Shown: piece after piece, positions 53,176 through 64,000 of the stretch
Position numbering within the stretch: position 1 is the first letter of the stretch
How the letters are laid out: each line of letters begins with the position of its first letter
Source: Somniosus microcephalus
Lineage: Eukaryota
Direction of reading: 5' to 3'
Length of the DNA: 64,000 nucleotides
NCBI GenBank assembly: GCA_052327205.1
Contig: CM126222.1
Coordinates: forward strand, 54,498,001 to 54,562,000
The notes under the pieces: model-generated
What the model was told of the DNA's origin: nothing
Seen by the model: the letters and a program-made list of their open reading frames with translations, nothing else
Databases searched by the model: none
Translations under genes and position numbers: made by a program

Positions 53176-54555
53176 AAAGAAAGGAAGGCTTGTATTTATA
53201 TAGCGCCTTTCACGACTTCAGGACGTCCTGAAGCGTTTCACAGCCAATGAAGTACTTTTGAATTGCAGTCACCGTTGTAATTTAGGAAACGCAGCAGCCA
53301 GTTTTCACACACAAGGTCCCACAAACTCTCTCTTCTCTTAGGCAGTCCCTCTGAACCGAGGATGACTTGCTTCCACATTAAAAATGAGTTCGCAGGTGAC
53401 TGATGAGTCCAATGCGGGACCTACAGTCTCTGTCACAGGTGGGGCAGACGGTGGTTGAAGGGGCGGGCGCTTGGGTTGACGTGCGCTGCTTGCGCTTGGC
53501 TTCTGCTTGCTCCCGGCGAAGAGACTCTGGGTGTTCGGCGCCTTCCCAGATGCTTCTCCTCCACTTTGTGCGGTCTTGGGCCAGGGATTCCCAGGTGTCG
53601 GTGGGGATGTTGCACTTTTTCAAGGAGGCTTTGAGGGTGTCCTTGAAGCATTTCCTCTGCCCACCTGGGGCGCTCTTGCCATGCCAGAGCTCCGAGTAGA
53701 GCACTTGTTTTGGAAGTCTCGTATCGGGCATGCGGACAATGTGACCCGTCCATCGGAGCTGATTGAGCGTGGTCAAAGCTTCGATGCTGGGGATGTTGGC
53801 CTGAGCAAGAAAACTGACGGTGCGCCTATCCTGCCAATGGATTTGCAGGATCTTGCAGAGGCAGCGTTGGTGGTACCTCTCCAGTGCTGTGAGGTGCCTG
53901 CTGTACATGGTCCATGTCTCTGAGGCATACAGCAGGGCGGGTATCACTGCTGCTCTGTAGACCATGAGCTTAGTACCGGGTTTGAGGTCCTGGTCTTCAA
54001 ACACTCTCTTCCTCAGGCGACCGAAGGCTGCACTGGCACACTGAAGGCGGTGTTGGACTTCGTCGTCGACGTCTGCCCTTGTTGACAGTAGGCTCCCGAG
54101 GTATGGAAAGTGGTCCACGTTGTCCAAGGCCTTGTTGTAGATTTTGATAATCGGGGGGCAGTACTATGTGGCGGGGACAGGTTGGTAGAGGACCTTTGTC
54201 TTACGGATGTTTAGTGTAAGGCCCATGCTCTCGTACGCTTCAGTGAAGGTGTTGACGATGGTTTGGAGTTCGACCTCCGAGTGAGCGCAGACGCAAGCGT
54301 CGTCTGCATACTGTAATTCGCTGACAGAGGAAGGGACGACCTTGGATCTGGACTGGAGGTGACGGAGGTTGAACAGTTTCCCGTTTGTTCTGTAAATTAG
54401 CTCCACTCCAGTGGGGAGCTTACTGAGGGTGAGATGGAGCATTGCAGCATTGGTCCACAAGGTCCCACAAACAGCAATGTGATAATGACCAGATAATCTG
54501 TGTTTAGTGATGTTGGTTGATGGATAAATATTCGCCAAGGGGGTCTCCAAGAACA
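53176..54555 (-). mobile_element. Deu-type SINE split by an RTE insertion
   Basis: Tail at 53176-53326; continues acagcaatgtgataatgaccagataatctg after 54472. Confidence 0.82.
53327..54455 (-). mobile_element. RTE LINE, 5'-truncated (same family as 32426)
   Basis: ORFs QYADD..HLRTHF; 17-bp TSD CACAAGGTCCCACAAAC at 53310-53326 and 54456-54472. Confidence 0.94.
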
Positions 54556-54649
54556 GCAAAATGTTGCCATGACAAACAAGATTGTATTATAAACCCATTG
54601 TAGCAGATATATGAGAGGGAGATCTCTATATAATATATAAATATATAGC

Positions 54650-54966
54650 GGGGGAGTCCAGAACCAGGGGTCACAGTCTAAAGATAAGGGGTAAGCCATT
54701 TAGGACAGAGATGAGGAGGAATTTCTTCACCCAGAGAGTGGTGAACCTGTGGAATTCTCTACCACACAAGGCATATGAGGCCAATTCATCAGATATATTC
54801 AAGAAGGAGTTGGATATATTTCTTAAGGCTAAAGGGATCAAGGGATATGGGGAGAAGGCAGGGACAGGGTACTGAGTTTGGATGATCAGCCATGATCTCA
54901 TTGAATGGCGGAGCAGGCTCGAGGGGCCGAGTGGCCTACTGCTGCTCCTATCTTCTATGTTTCTAG
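54650..54966 (+). mobile_element. CR1 3' fragment
   Basis: aatttcttcacccagagagtggtgaacctgtggaattc plus UTR and ttctatgtttcta tail. Confidence 0.9.
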
Positions 54967-55584
54967 ATAGATAGAAAGAAAGGGAATCTATTAAACAAAC
55001 CGTGGAAAAAACTGCTACTTCCTCCACCATTTCAGTAACTGGGAGGGAGAGAGATTGCTTCTATGTACTATGTGCAATGAAATTGGAAAGTGTTTTTTAG
55101 AAACAGAATAACAAGTCTTTTAAATGTACAGTCCACAGAGGAAATCCCCCTCTCCCCCAGGTATTGCCCAGGATCAATGCAGTTTTGGTGTTACAACACA
55201 ACCTTGCAACCTGGAATTATAAATATTTATATGCATAGTAATTAAATATTATGTTACAGGAAAACTGCTGATGATTTATGAGCAGATTTTTACTTATACA
55301 CTTTCTCCCTGACTTAGTAAAGACTGGTTTTGAAAATGTTACTATAAATAACTTGTTTGTCCTGCATGTTACACATAGCCGGAGTCTGGATTTGAGTATG
55401 TACACTGTTAAAGAATTCATACGCTGAAATTTAAAATGATTGAAATGATTGTATCATGGCTCATTTGAAAAGTTGCACATTTAAGATAAATAATTGGTGG
55501 CTTAATGGTGGTGAATGTTGCGATTTGTGTTGAATGGCGCACATAACTTTATTTTACCAAAAAAGGAAACTACAGACGAGGTAA

Positions 55585-55803
<219 letters not shown>

Positions 55804-56109
55804 TAATCCTGGGAAACAAAATTACCAATTCTTTTTGCTGCAGTTTGGTCACAGAATGTTTACAAGCAAAGATATTTTTGAACTTGGGGAACCTCTCAAA
55901 TACCTAATGCCAGAGAATTGTTTCGTAAATTATAAATTTATATTATGTATTATCTAAATCTAGCCAAAGACCAACAAAATATTACTTAGGTGCTTCATAA
56001 AAGTCTTATTTTACACTGAAAATAAAATTACCTTTAGGGTTAAGACTAAATCAAAACATCCAAGAAGTATTTCTGTACAGGCTCTTTATACCATTTGTTT
56101 CTTTTACTC

Positions 56110-56495
56110 TCCAGTTTTCTTCCCTCCCTCCTGAAAGTGTTGACTCCCCCACTGCGGTGTGGTTCCGCGGGCAGCAGTCACGCTCTGACCCCTTGCCCAG
56201 TGACCAATACTCATGTGTAAGCCACAACAGTTACTGTTGGCAGGCTATCTGATCTTTGGGGGGGCGCCACAAACATCTCCTTGCCCATCTCCTCACCCAG
56301 AACCCAAACATGTGCAGCTCCAGCAGAGAGCACAGGACAGCGACTGAGAACAGGAACCCTGACCAATTTGTACCTCTCCTCCTAACTCAAGGGGGAGCAT
56401 TCATTGTAGTACAACTGTCACCATCCAGGCTGAAGCCAGTGACTCAGAACACACCAGGAATTGCACTTGGGACCTTCCCAGTCTGAGTGGCCCAG
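56110..56495 (-). mobile_element. LF-SINE-like element
   Basis: Reverse complement of LF-SINE-like core (caggaaccctgacc..ctcctcctaactcaagggg); a similar copy lies at 56985-57360. Confidence 0.6.
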
Positions 56496-57496
56496 AGACA
56501 GTGATTTAAAAAAAAATCTCTCCACCATAATGATAGCCTTTACGATATCTTTGAAAGACAAGCCCTGACTTTTACAGAACAAAACTGAAAAAAATCCATC
56601 CCCAAATACACATGTAGACGGTAATTTACATGCAAGAAGTGAATGGGAGAATCTTTTACAAGTATGAAGAGCTATAATTCATGAGTACTGCAAGTACGTG
56701 TGTGAGTTATGCGGCCCATTCAACCGAGTGAAAGATCACCTGTGTTTCCCACTCCCCAGTGAGTTAATTATTCTTGTTTGCTGAAATATTGAAAAAAAAA
56801 TCCATTATTTAGAGGATATAAAAATGTATCATGCACTTGTGAGCTGTTCAAGTCATGTTTGCTTAGTATGTTGTTTAATATACTGATGAGCAATGATATT
56901 AAAATATTATGATAATGCACGCTAGGAAATAAAGTTGAAAAATTAATCTTCTTTAATGATCCGAATCTGAATTTTTTTTCTAGTTTTCTCTGTCTCCTTT
57001 CCCCTTCCCCGCCAAGGCATTAACTCCTTGCTGGAGTAGGGTTCCATGGGTGCTGGCATCCATAGGTAATTCACCCAAATGGTCAGTCTCCGTGTCGAAG
57101 CCGAGGCTGTGCATATCAGCAGGCTATTTCACCTTGAAGTGCATCATTACAAAGCGCAGTGCTATCCTCATGCTCATGCTTTCCAGCAGGCCTCAGTAGA
57201 TAGTGATCAGGGGCAGGAAACCGGTCTGATTTCCCCCTCATGTACCGAGGGAACCTGAGGTCAATTGTCCTGTTTCTACTGCCACTCTGGCTGTGATCAG
57301 CTCATGGCAGCGTAGGCCCAGCAATTGATTCTGGGACCTGTTAATCTGTACACATCAGTTTGTGGTTATATGTTATTTCTGAAGTCTTGTCAGTCTAGAG
57401 AACTGAATTAGTTAGCATACTGGGTTAGATTGGGATGCTGAGTTAGTTTAGGTACTCGATTAGGCTGGGCTGCTAATTGGGTTAGTTTAGGTGCTG

Positions 57497-59012
57497 GGTT
57501 AGTTTAGGTACTGGGGTTTCAGGGGGTGCTGGGTTAGTTTGGGTACTGGGGTTTCAGGGGGTGCTGGGTTAGTTTGGGTACTGGGGTTTCAGGGGGTGCT
57601 GGGTTAGTTTGGGTACTGGGGTTTCAGGGGGTGTTGGGTTAGTTTGGGTACTGGGGTTTCAGGGGGTGCGGGGTTAGTTTGGGTACTGGGGTTTCAGGGG
57701 GTGCTGGGTTAGTTTGGGTACTGGGGTTTCAGGGGGTGCTGGGTTAGTTTGGGTACTGGGGTTTCAGGGGGTTCTGGGTTAGTTTGGGTACTGGGGTTTC
57801 AGGGGGTGCTGGGTTAGTTCAGGTACTGGGGTTTCAGGGGGTGCTGGGTTAGTTTGGGTACTGGGGTTTCAGGGGGTGCTGGGTTAGTTTGGGTACTGGG
57901 GTTTCAGGGGGTGCTGGGTTAGTTTAGGTACTGGGGTTTCAGGGGCTGCTGGGTTAGTTTGGGTACTGGGGTTTCAGGGGGTGCTGGGTTAGTTTGGGTA
58001 CTGGGGTTTCAGGGGGTGCTGGGTTAGTTTGGGTACTGGGGTTTCAGGGGGTGCTGGGTTAGTTTAGGTACTGGGGTTTCAGGGGGTGCTGGGTTAGTTT
58101 GGGTACTGGGGTTTCGGGGGTGCTGGGTTAGTTTGGGTACTGGGGTTTCGGGGGGTTCTGGGTTAGTTTGGGTACTGGGGTTTCAGGGGGTGCTGGGTTA
58201 GTTTAGGTACTGGGGTTTCAGGGGGTGCTGGGTTAGTTTGGGTACTGGGGTTTCAGGGGGTGCTGGGTTAGTTTGGGTACTGGGGTTTCAGGGGGTGCTG
58301 GGTTAGTTTAGGTACTGGGGTTTCAGGGGGTGCTGGGTTAGTTTAGGTACTGGGGTTTCGGGGGGGTGCTGGGTTAGTTTGGGTACTGGGGTTTCAGGGG
58401 GTGCTGGGTTAGTTTGGGTACTGGGGTTTCAGCGGGTGCTGGGTTAGTTTAGGTACTGGGGTTTCAGGGGGTGCTGGGTTAGTTTAGGTACTGGGGTTTC
58501 GGGGGGGTGCTGGGTTAGTTTGGGTACTGGGGTTGCAGGGGGTGCTGGGTTAGTTTAGGTACTGGGGTTTCAGGGGGTGCTGGGTTAGTTTAGGTACTGG
58601 GGTTTCGGGGGGGTGCTGGGTTAGTTTGGGTACTGGGGTTTCAGGGGGTGCTGGGTTAGTTTGGGTACTGGGGTTTCAGCGGGTGCTGGGTTAGTTTAGG
58701 TACTGGGGTTTCAGGGGGTGCTGGGTTAGTTTAGGTACTGGGGTTTCAGGGGGTGCTGGGTTAGTTTGGGTACTGGGTTTTCAGGGGGTGCTGGGTTAGT
58801 TTGGGTACTGGGGTTTCAGGGGGTGCTGGGTTAGTTTAGGTACTGGGGTTTCGGGGGGTGCTGGGTTAGTTTGGGTACTGGGGTTTCAGGGGGTGCTGGG
58901 TTAGTTTGGGTACTGGGGTTTCAGGGGGTGCTGGGTTAGTTTGGGTACTGGGTTTTCAGGGGGTGCTGGGTTAGTTTGGGTACTGGGGTTTCAGGGGGTG
59001 CTGGGTTAGTTT
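57497..59012 (+). repeat. 35-bp G-rich minisatellite, about 43 copies
   Basis: Unit GGGTTAGTTTGGGTACTGGGGTTTCAGGGGGTGCT. Confidence 0.97.
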
Positions 59013-59249
59013 GCGGTGATTTGTCAGTTTGTAAAGGAATCAATCAGACATTTTATTTAGAAGATAGAACAGGTGCACAGCTGGGGAGTTCTTTTTAGAT
59101 TGAAAAAGAAACCTACATTTCTTTAAGCTCCACTGAGCTTGAATTCGGGTTTCCGGGGATAGGCAGTAGAACAGTACAAACATCAAAAGCAATAAATTCT
59201 ACCATTTTTTTTAAATGAGCAAATTTCAATATAAATCTTTCTTTTATAG

Positions 59250-59423
59250 GTACAGAACCTTCCCCTGCACTGCTGGTGTCCAATGGGAGACTTCGAGTTC
59301 GGAGATTCCCCATTGAGAAGCGAGAAAGTGCAGAAAGCAGCCGGAATCTCACTCTGGATGGACAGAATTCCTCAGAATTGAGCAAAAACTCTGGCAAGAA
59401 GACTTCAGCTAAAGGGAAAGCCG
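59250..59423 (+). CDS. BAHCC1: BAHCC1-like coding exon L (last found in window)
   Basis: cttttatag|GT...GCCG|gtgggt; 174 nt, phase 1->1; CTEPSPALLVS...GKKTSAKGKAG resembles recalled CTEPSPALLVSS...GKKSISKDKAG. Confidence 0.9.
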
Positions 59424-59959
59424 GTGGGTTTACCTTTAAATATTGTAATTATTTGCTCAGTGTAACACTATATATAAATGCTACAGCGACAGTCCTGAAG
59501 GCTATATTTTTTTTTAAGTAAGTTTCGTCCCCTCTCCCCCCACCGCCTTGCTTTTGTAATTTCCTTTAACCATGGGCTGTTCGGAACTTGCATCATCAGC
59601 ACAAATTCTTAATTCTTTGGTGAGCTGTAGCAAACAAACACTATCTTCTTGACAAAAGATTCTAGCCATTGATTTGCTACGAAGGCATTTTAAGATTGAC
59701 CTACAAACCTCGGAGTTTGGGGACCATTTCTAAAACTTGTTGACGACCGGTCAATGGCTAGCATTTTGTTTTTTTGTCCAGGAAATTGTATCAGTAAGGA
59801 AGACCCATCGGAGGGATTCTCTGTACCAGAAATTCCAGTAGATACGAGTCCTATGCAACAGGCCGTCTGTTGGTAATACTGGTGCTTAAAGGAAACTGAA
59901 AGAGAAAATTCAATTATTTTCTGCACTAATCCAGATCAGAAATGCTAACATGAGGCAAT

Positions 59960-60277
59960 GGAACACTTTCCCATTTGAGGCACTAACTGTCAAAGTGAAG
60001 CACTCCCAGGTCAAGCATCGCCCAGTTAGAGGCTTCCTTTGCCTCATCTCCAACCTCAGAAGATCTCCATTCCCTACAGCTGTGTGAGATTGCCAATTTA
60101 GTGCCAGATTAGGAACAGAAGTGTGCTGCAGGCCGTTCACCTCTGAGAACTAGACTGAAACTATCCCAAAACTTCATATAAGACCCTTACAGCAGTCAGT
60201 CAGAGGAGATTTTCATCTCGTCATTCTAGCCGAGACTTGAACCCTGGTGTCTAATCTACTGCACCACCCGGTCCCCC
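59960..60277 (-). mobile_element. Old tRNA-derived SINE
   Basis: Minus strand head ggggaccgggtggtgcagt..gggttcaagtc. Confidence 0.5.
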
Positions 60278-60486
60278 GAAAGAGAAAGCTTTAATGGAGC
60301 TAAAATGTAACCAAGCCCTCTATTAGATACATTAGTTTGTTCAGAAAAGTTGGATTCATTTTAAAGTGCAACCACACTCTCCTGTTAGCATTTGAGTTCT
60401 TACTGTCAATTAAGGAAGTGACAATATTATGATAGACAATAATTCACAATCTATAAAACCTATAATATTGCTGTAATTCTGTTATA

Positions 60487-60805
60487 CAAATTGAGCGTCC
60501 CAAATCCGGAATGTTCCATATTCCGGACTCCGGGACAATTGGTGACAGGGGTCCGGAATCAGTAAAATGTTCCGGAATCCGGACACCCTGAGGGAGGCTT
60601 ACCAAAAAGCGGAAATAGCGCAACCTGGGCCCAGGCATTTCCGGACTCAGAACGTGTTTCTGATGTCCGAAGTCCAGAAATATCGCAACCTGGGCTCGGG
60701 CGTTTCCGGACTTCGGACATCAGAAACACGTTCCGAAGTCCGGCAAAGCCCGAAAACCGGCTCGGCCTCGGTCCCAAGGTTGCCAGATTCGGGACGCTCA
60801 ACCTG
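60487..60805. mobile_element. Tc1/mariner (Tigger-like) MITE
   Basis: TA|CAAATTGAGCGTCCC...GGGACGCTCAACCTG|TA; internal ~30-bp palindrome. Confidence 0.85.
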
Positions 60806-61910
60806 TACTAACTATTAGCAGACCAAAAGTAGATTAGTAAATAAGTCCACAGTGAAACCTTTAAGAAAAAAAGTATCGATTAAATGTGCATTGAGCGATA
60901 CTGGAATGTGGCTGTTTCTTGAATTTTGTAAAGTTATTACTGTGGCAGCACAAGTCAGTTTACAGCGGAACTAGTATAATGTAAACAAAGAGCTGGAAAT
61001 GTGCTGGAGTTTCTACAATGGCGTGGAATCAAATTGGACAACAGACTTGACAAAATCATTGTGGGGAAGGAAGTAACAAATCTTCTTCTGGCAGTGTGCA
61101 TGATTCACTTCATTGCATTGGCCAGGACAGCAGATAATGTTCAGTTTATACAGACAGCTCTGCAAAGCCTCACTGTGACTCTGTGTATACAGCAAGACTA
61201 TTTTAGCAGTCAAACAACTGCAATAAATGTAAATTAAGCCAAGGTTGTAAGAGGTAGTTGGCTTGAATGTACAACAGAAGGGAATAGCCACTCCTACACT
61301 CAATTCATCTGGCCAAGCTGGCTGAAAGCAACAAACAGGCAGTAGCAGTAGTGCCTGTAAAAGGCACATGAAAGGATGGCTCAATGTTAAATTCACTTCG
61401 TGTCCAAGCAGCTAAACAAATTCAACTGAACAGTTGAAGGGATCTTATAGTATCAGACGTTGCATTTAATTGACCGATGAGCTATTTTGAATGAAAAATA
61501 GTTCCCGCTCTTGTACACAATTGACACGAGCCAACAATAGTCTTCAGCGAATGATGGCGGGCAATAGGATAGAAACTCCTTTACAATGACATCACAAAAA
61601 GCAGATAGTTGTTGCGAGCCACAGCTGTGCTCGGTATGTGCACTGTAACAATATTAAAATCCCTTGATCATTATTTAGTATTTCCCTCCCATTGTGATTC
61701 GTGTGAAGCAGGTGAGTCATGCCCTGTTCCAGGATATGCCCCCATTAAATCTGTTTTTTTTTTTCTTTTTACCAAGTGGAATACAGAATAAAAATGAATG
61801 CAAAACAAATCTGGTTTATTTGAAATGCAGGCAAAACAGTTTATTCACTTTCTTTGCAATGCAGACGCATGCTGTACTGCCAGCTATTCAATGCCACACG
61901 CAGAGTCTTA

Positions 61911-62751
61911 GGGCTGGATTTTCATTCAGCAGTCGGGAAGGAGGCGGGACTACAACTTTCGGGTTTTAGTCCCGCCTCCATCGACGTCCGGCCAATCCAC
62001 GCGATTTTCCCTTGATTGACCTTGTTGAGCCCGCCCAGCGGGCTCAGCAGGCCAATTAAGGGCCACCCGGCAACAGGTGATGTTACAGACTGAAATTTCA
62101 TCTGTCAAGACGTGCTGACAGATGAAATATCAGTGTTTCACAGCTGTTTGAAGCTGTCAAACACTGACAGTCTGACTTCTAACCTGAGTCCTTCTACGCA
62201 GACTCAGTTAGAACTCTCACCGGCACTGAAAGCTGCAGGCTGTCATTTTTGACAGATCGCAGCCATCCAGCTTTCTGTGCTGGCTGAATGATGGACTCCC
62301 GACGCCTAGAGGAAGAAAGGCTGTTAAGGTAAGTACAGGTAATTTAAACTTCTTTACACACTTCAGACACACCAAACACACTTACCTTTGCACTCATGCA
62401 CCCATCACTCACCTGAACACCGACATCTCGACCCCTCCAAGTCCTTCAACCCGACGGCCCGCCTGCTCTAATCTGGCGTGGTTTGGAGCCGTCGGGAATC
62501 CCACACGACACCCCTCAAAATAGGGTTTAGGCTAAAAACTGCCTGTTAACTACCTGTTAACAGGCAGTTAATTGGCACTAATCCCTTCCCGCCTCGGGTC
62601 GGCGGGTCCCAGTGCGGGGCGGGTACCCGCCTCCTCTGAAACTTACGTGGAGGCGGGTTTTGGGCGGGATGGTGTCGGGACCCCCGAGTTCGGGATTTTT
62701 GCCCCCAGCACGCCTAAAAGCCCGCCTCACGGCACACTGAAAATCTAGGCC
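61911..62751. mobile_element. Intact Harbinger-like MITE (empty-site relative of the 37055 element)
   Basis: TTA|GGGCTGGATTTT...AAAATCTAGGCC|TTA; 3-bp TTA TSD. Confidence 0.88.
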
Positions 62752-62804
62752 TTAATGTTACATATTCACGCCACTGCCTCCTTAGGATCCAATACAGGCT
62801 AATC

Positions 62805-63420
62805 TGCCCCGATTTTAACTCCGGGCCAGATTTCTGCGGGTGAGCAGCAGTGCCAGTTAGAAACTCACCCAATGCTCCAGAATGGTCAACCCAGAGTATT
62901 CCGGGAAGGAAGACGATGGGAAGCAGCGGAAAATTGAGTGGCCCATAGAGCACGCTCCGTCAGTAGGTAAGTGGTGGGATCAGCTGCCGGGCCATCCCAC
63001 AATCAGGAGGGGGGAACGAGTTTGCAGCAGGGGAACCATAAAGTTTTCTATTGAGGCCCAGAAGAGCGATCCTGCTCGTCCAGGCCGTACAAGGAAAGTA
63101 ATTTTTAAAAATGTTAAAACTTAATTTTTTGGGCCTCTTCTAAGCCCGATCCTCTTCACCACCAGGATGGCCTGGTGGGAAACTCACTGCCTCTTCCCGC
63201 TCCGGCCCCCTCCCCCGAGTTAAAATTGCAGTCAGGTCCCAATGACATCATCGGAACCTGACATGGATATATTAAAAAGGACCCTGCCAGCTTTGGTCGG
63301 GTGTCTTTGCTGCCTGCTCAGGAGAACAGTTGAAAATCCAAACCTGTGTTAGCTTCAGGGTGGGCAAATAACCGTGGCGATTTTAACTGCCCACCCACCC
63401 AGTTTCCGCCGGAAGAATTG
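62805..63420. mobile_element. Harbinger-like MITE fragment related to the 20287 element
   Basis: Shared gattttaact / gttaaaat and cccaatgacatcatcg motifs. Confidence 0.55.
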
Positions 63421-64000
63421 CCTCCTCTGTCTGTAGCGTCCTATTCAGCCCCATCTATAATTGGTTATGTGTCGTTTTACCTTATATTTAAACAATTTGT
63501 CAAGTTGGAGGTGTTGTCACTTCTGTATTTGTGGAATATTGTGAGCAAGAATGTCAGTGCTCGGCAATGTCCTATTCATACCTGTTTACACGGGGCTGTG
63601 TGTGGTGTCAAACTATATTACAAGCAGGTAAATCACCACTTTGCTATTGCTTTAACATAATAAATAGCCTCTTTATGCATTACACACATCTTAGGACTAA
63701 AACCACCCGTGTACTCTGGCCTGAGACTCAGACCATAGTCCTTTGGCAGCAGAGAACTGACAAGTGTTTGGGTCTTGACCGGGGGGTAGTGTGCTCAAAG
63801 TTATATTGGCTCTCTGGGTGAATCATGGGGGGATATCTTCTCCATTGTCTGAACCGGGACAAGTATGGCTTCCCAGGCTCCGTGGACAATTTGCTGCTGG
63901 TAGCCATTGGGGCCCATTTATTTTTGCACCAACAACTGCCAGTTGGGAAGCCAATTGCCTTCAGACTTCAAGTGTTATGGGGACAGGCTCGCGATTTACA

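Noticed and set aside
57497-59012. CRISPR array or interstitial telomere
   Set aside because: Head-to-tail units with no unique spacers and no (TTAGGG)n run; eukaryotic context.

Overview
This is eukaryotic genomic DNA from a cartilaginous fish, most likely a shark, judged from its HE1/V-SINE, Deu-domain SINE, LF-SINE-like, CR1 and Penelope repeats. The window lies inside one large + strand gene. Twelve GT-AG exons (8520-59423, 2054 nt, about 684 codons, all splice phases compatible) encode the middle part and tandem Tudor region of a BAHCC1-like (BAHCC1/TNRC18 family) chromatin reader. The N-terminal and BAH-domain exons were not found and presumably lie outside the window. The introns are dense in transposons: a full-length Gypsy element (37119-42175), two RTE LINEs, CR1 and L2 fragments, a Penelope element nested in a CR1, SINEs, and Tc1/mariner-type and PIF/Harbinger-type MITEs. 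There is also a 35-bp G-rich minisatellite and a 300-N gap. The main observations are: (1) a ~235-bp near-perfect inverted repeat, not recognisable as a TE, bracketing one frame-shifting coding exon, with most mismatches G-U compatible on the sense strand (candidate skipping/NMD, circRNA or editing switch); (2) a Gypsy with identical LTRs but several frameshifting microdeletions, inserted into a MITE hairpin whose empty-site relative is in the same window; (3) an RTE with a twin-priming-type 5' inversion; (4) Harbinger-like MITEs carrying consensus 5' splice donors on both strands. All family assignments are from recalled motifs; no database search was run.
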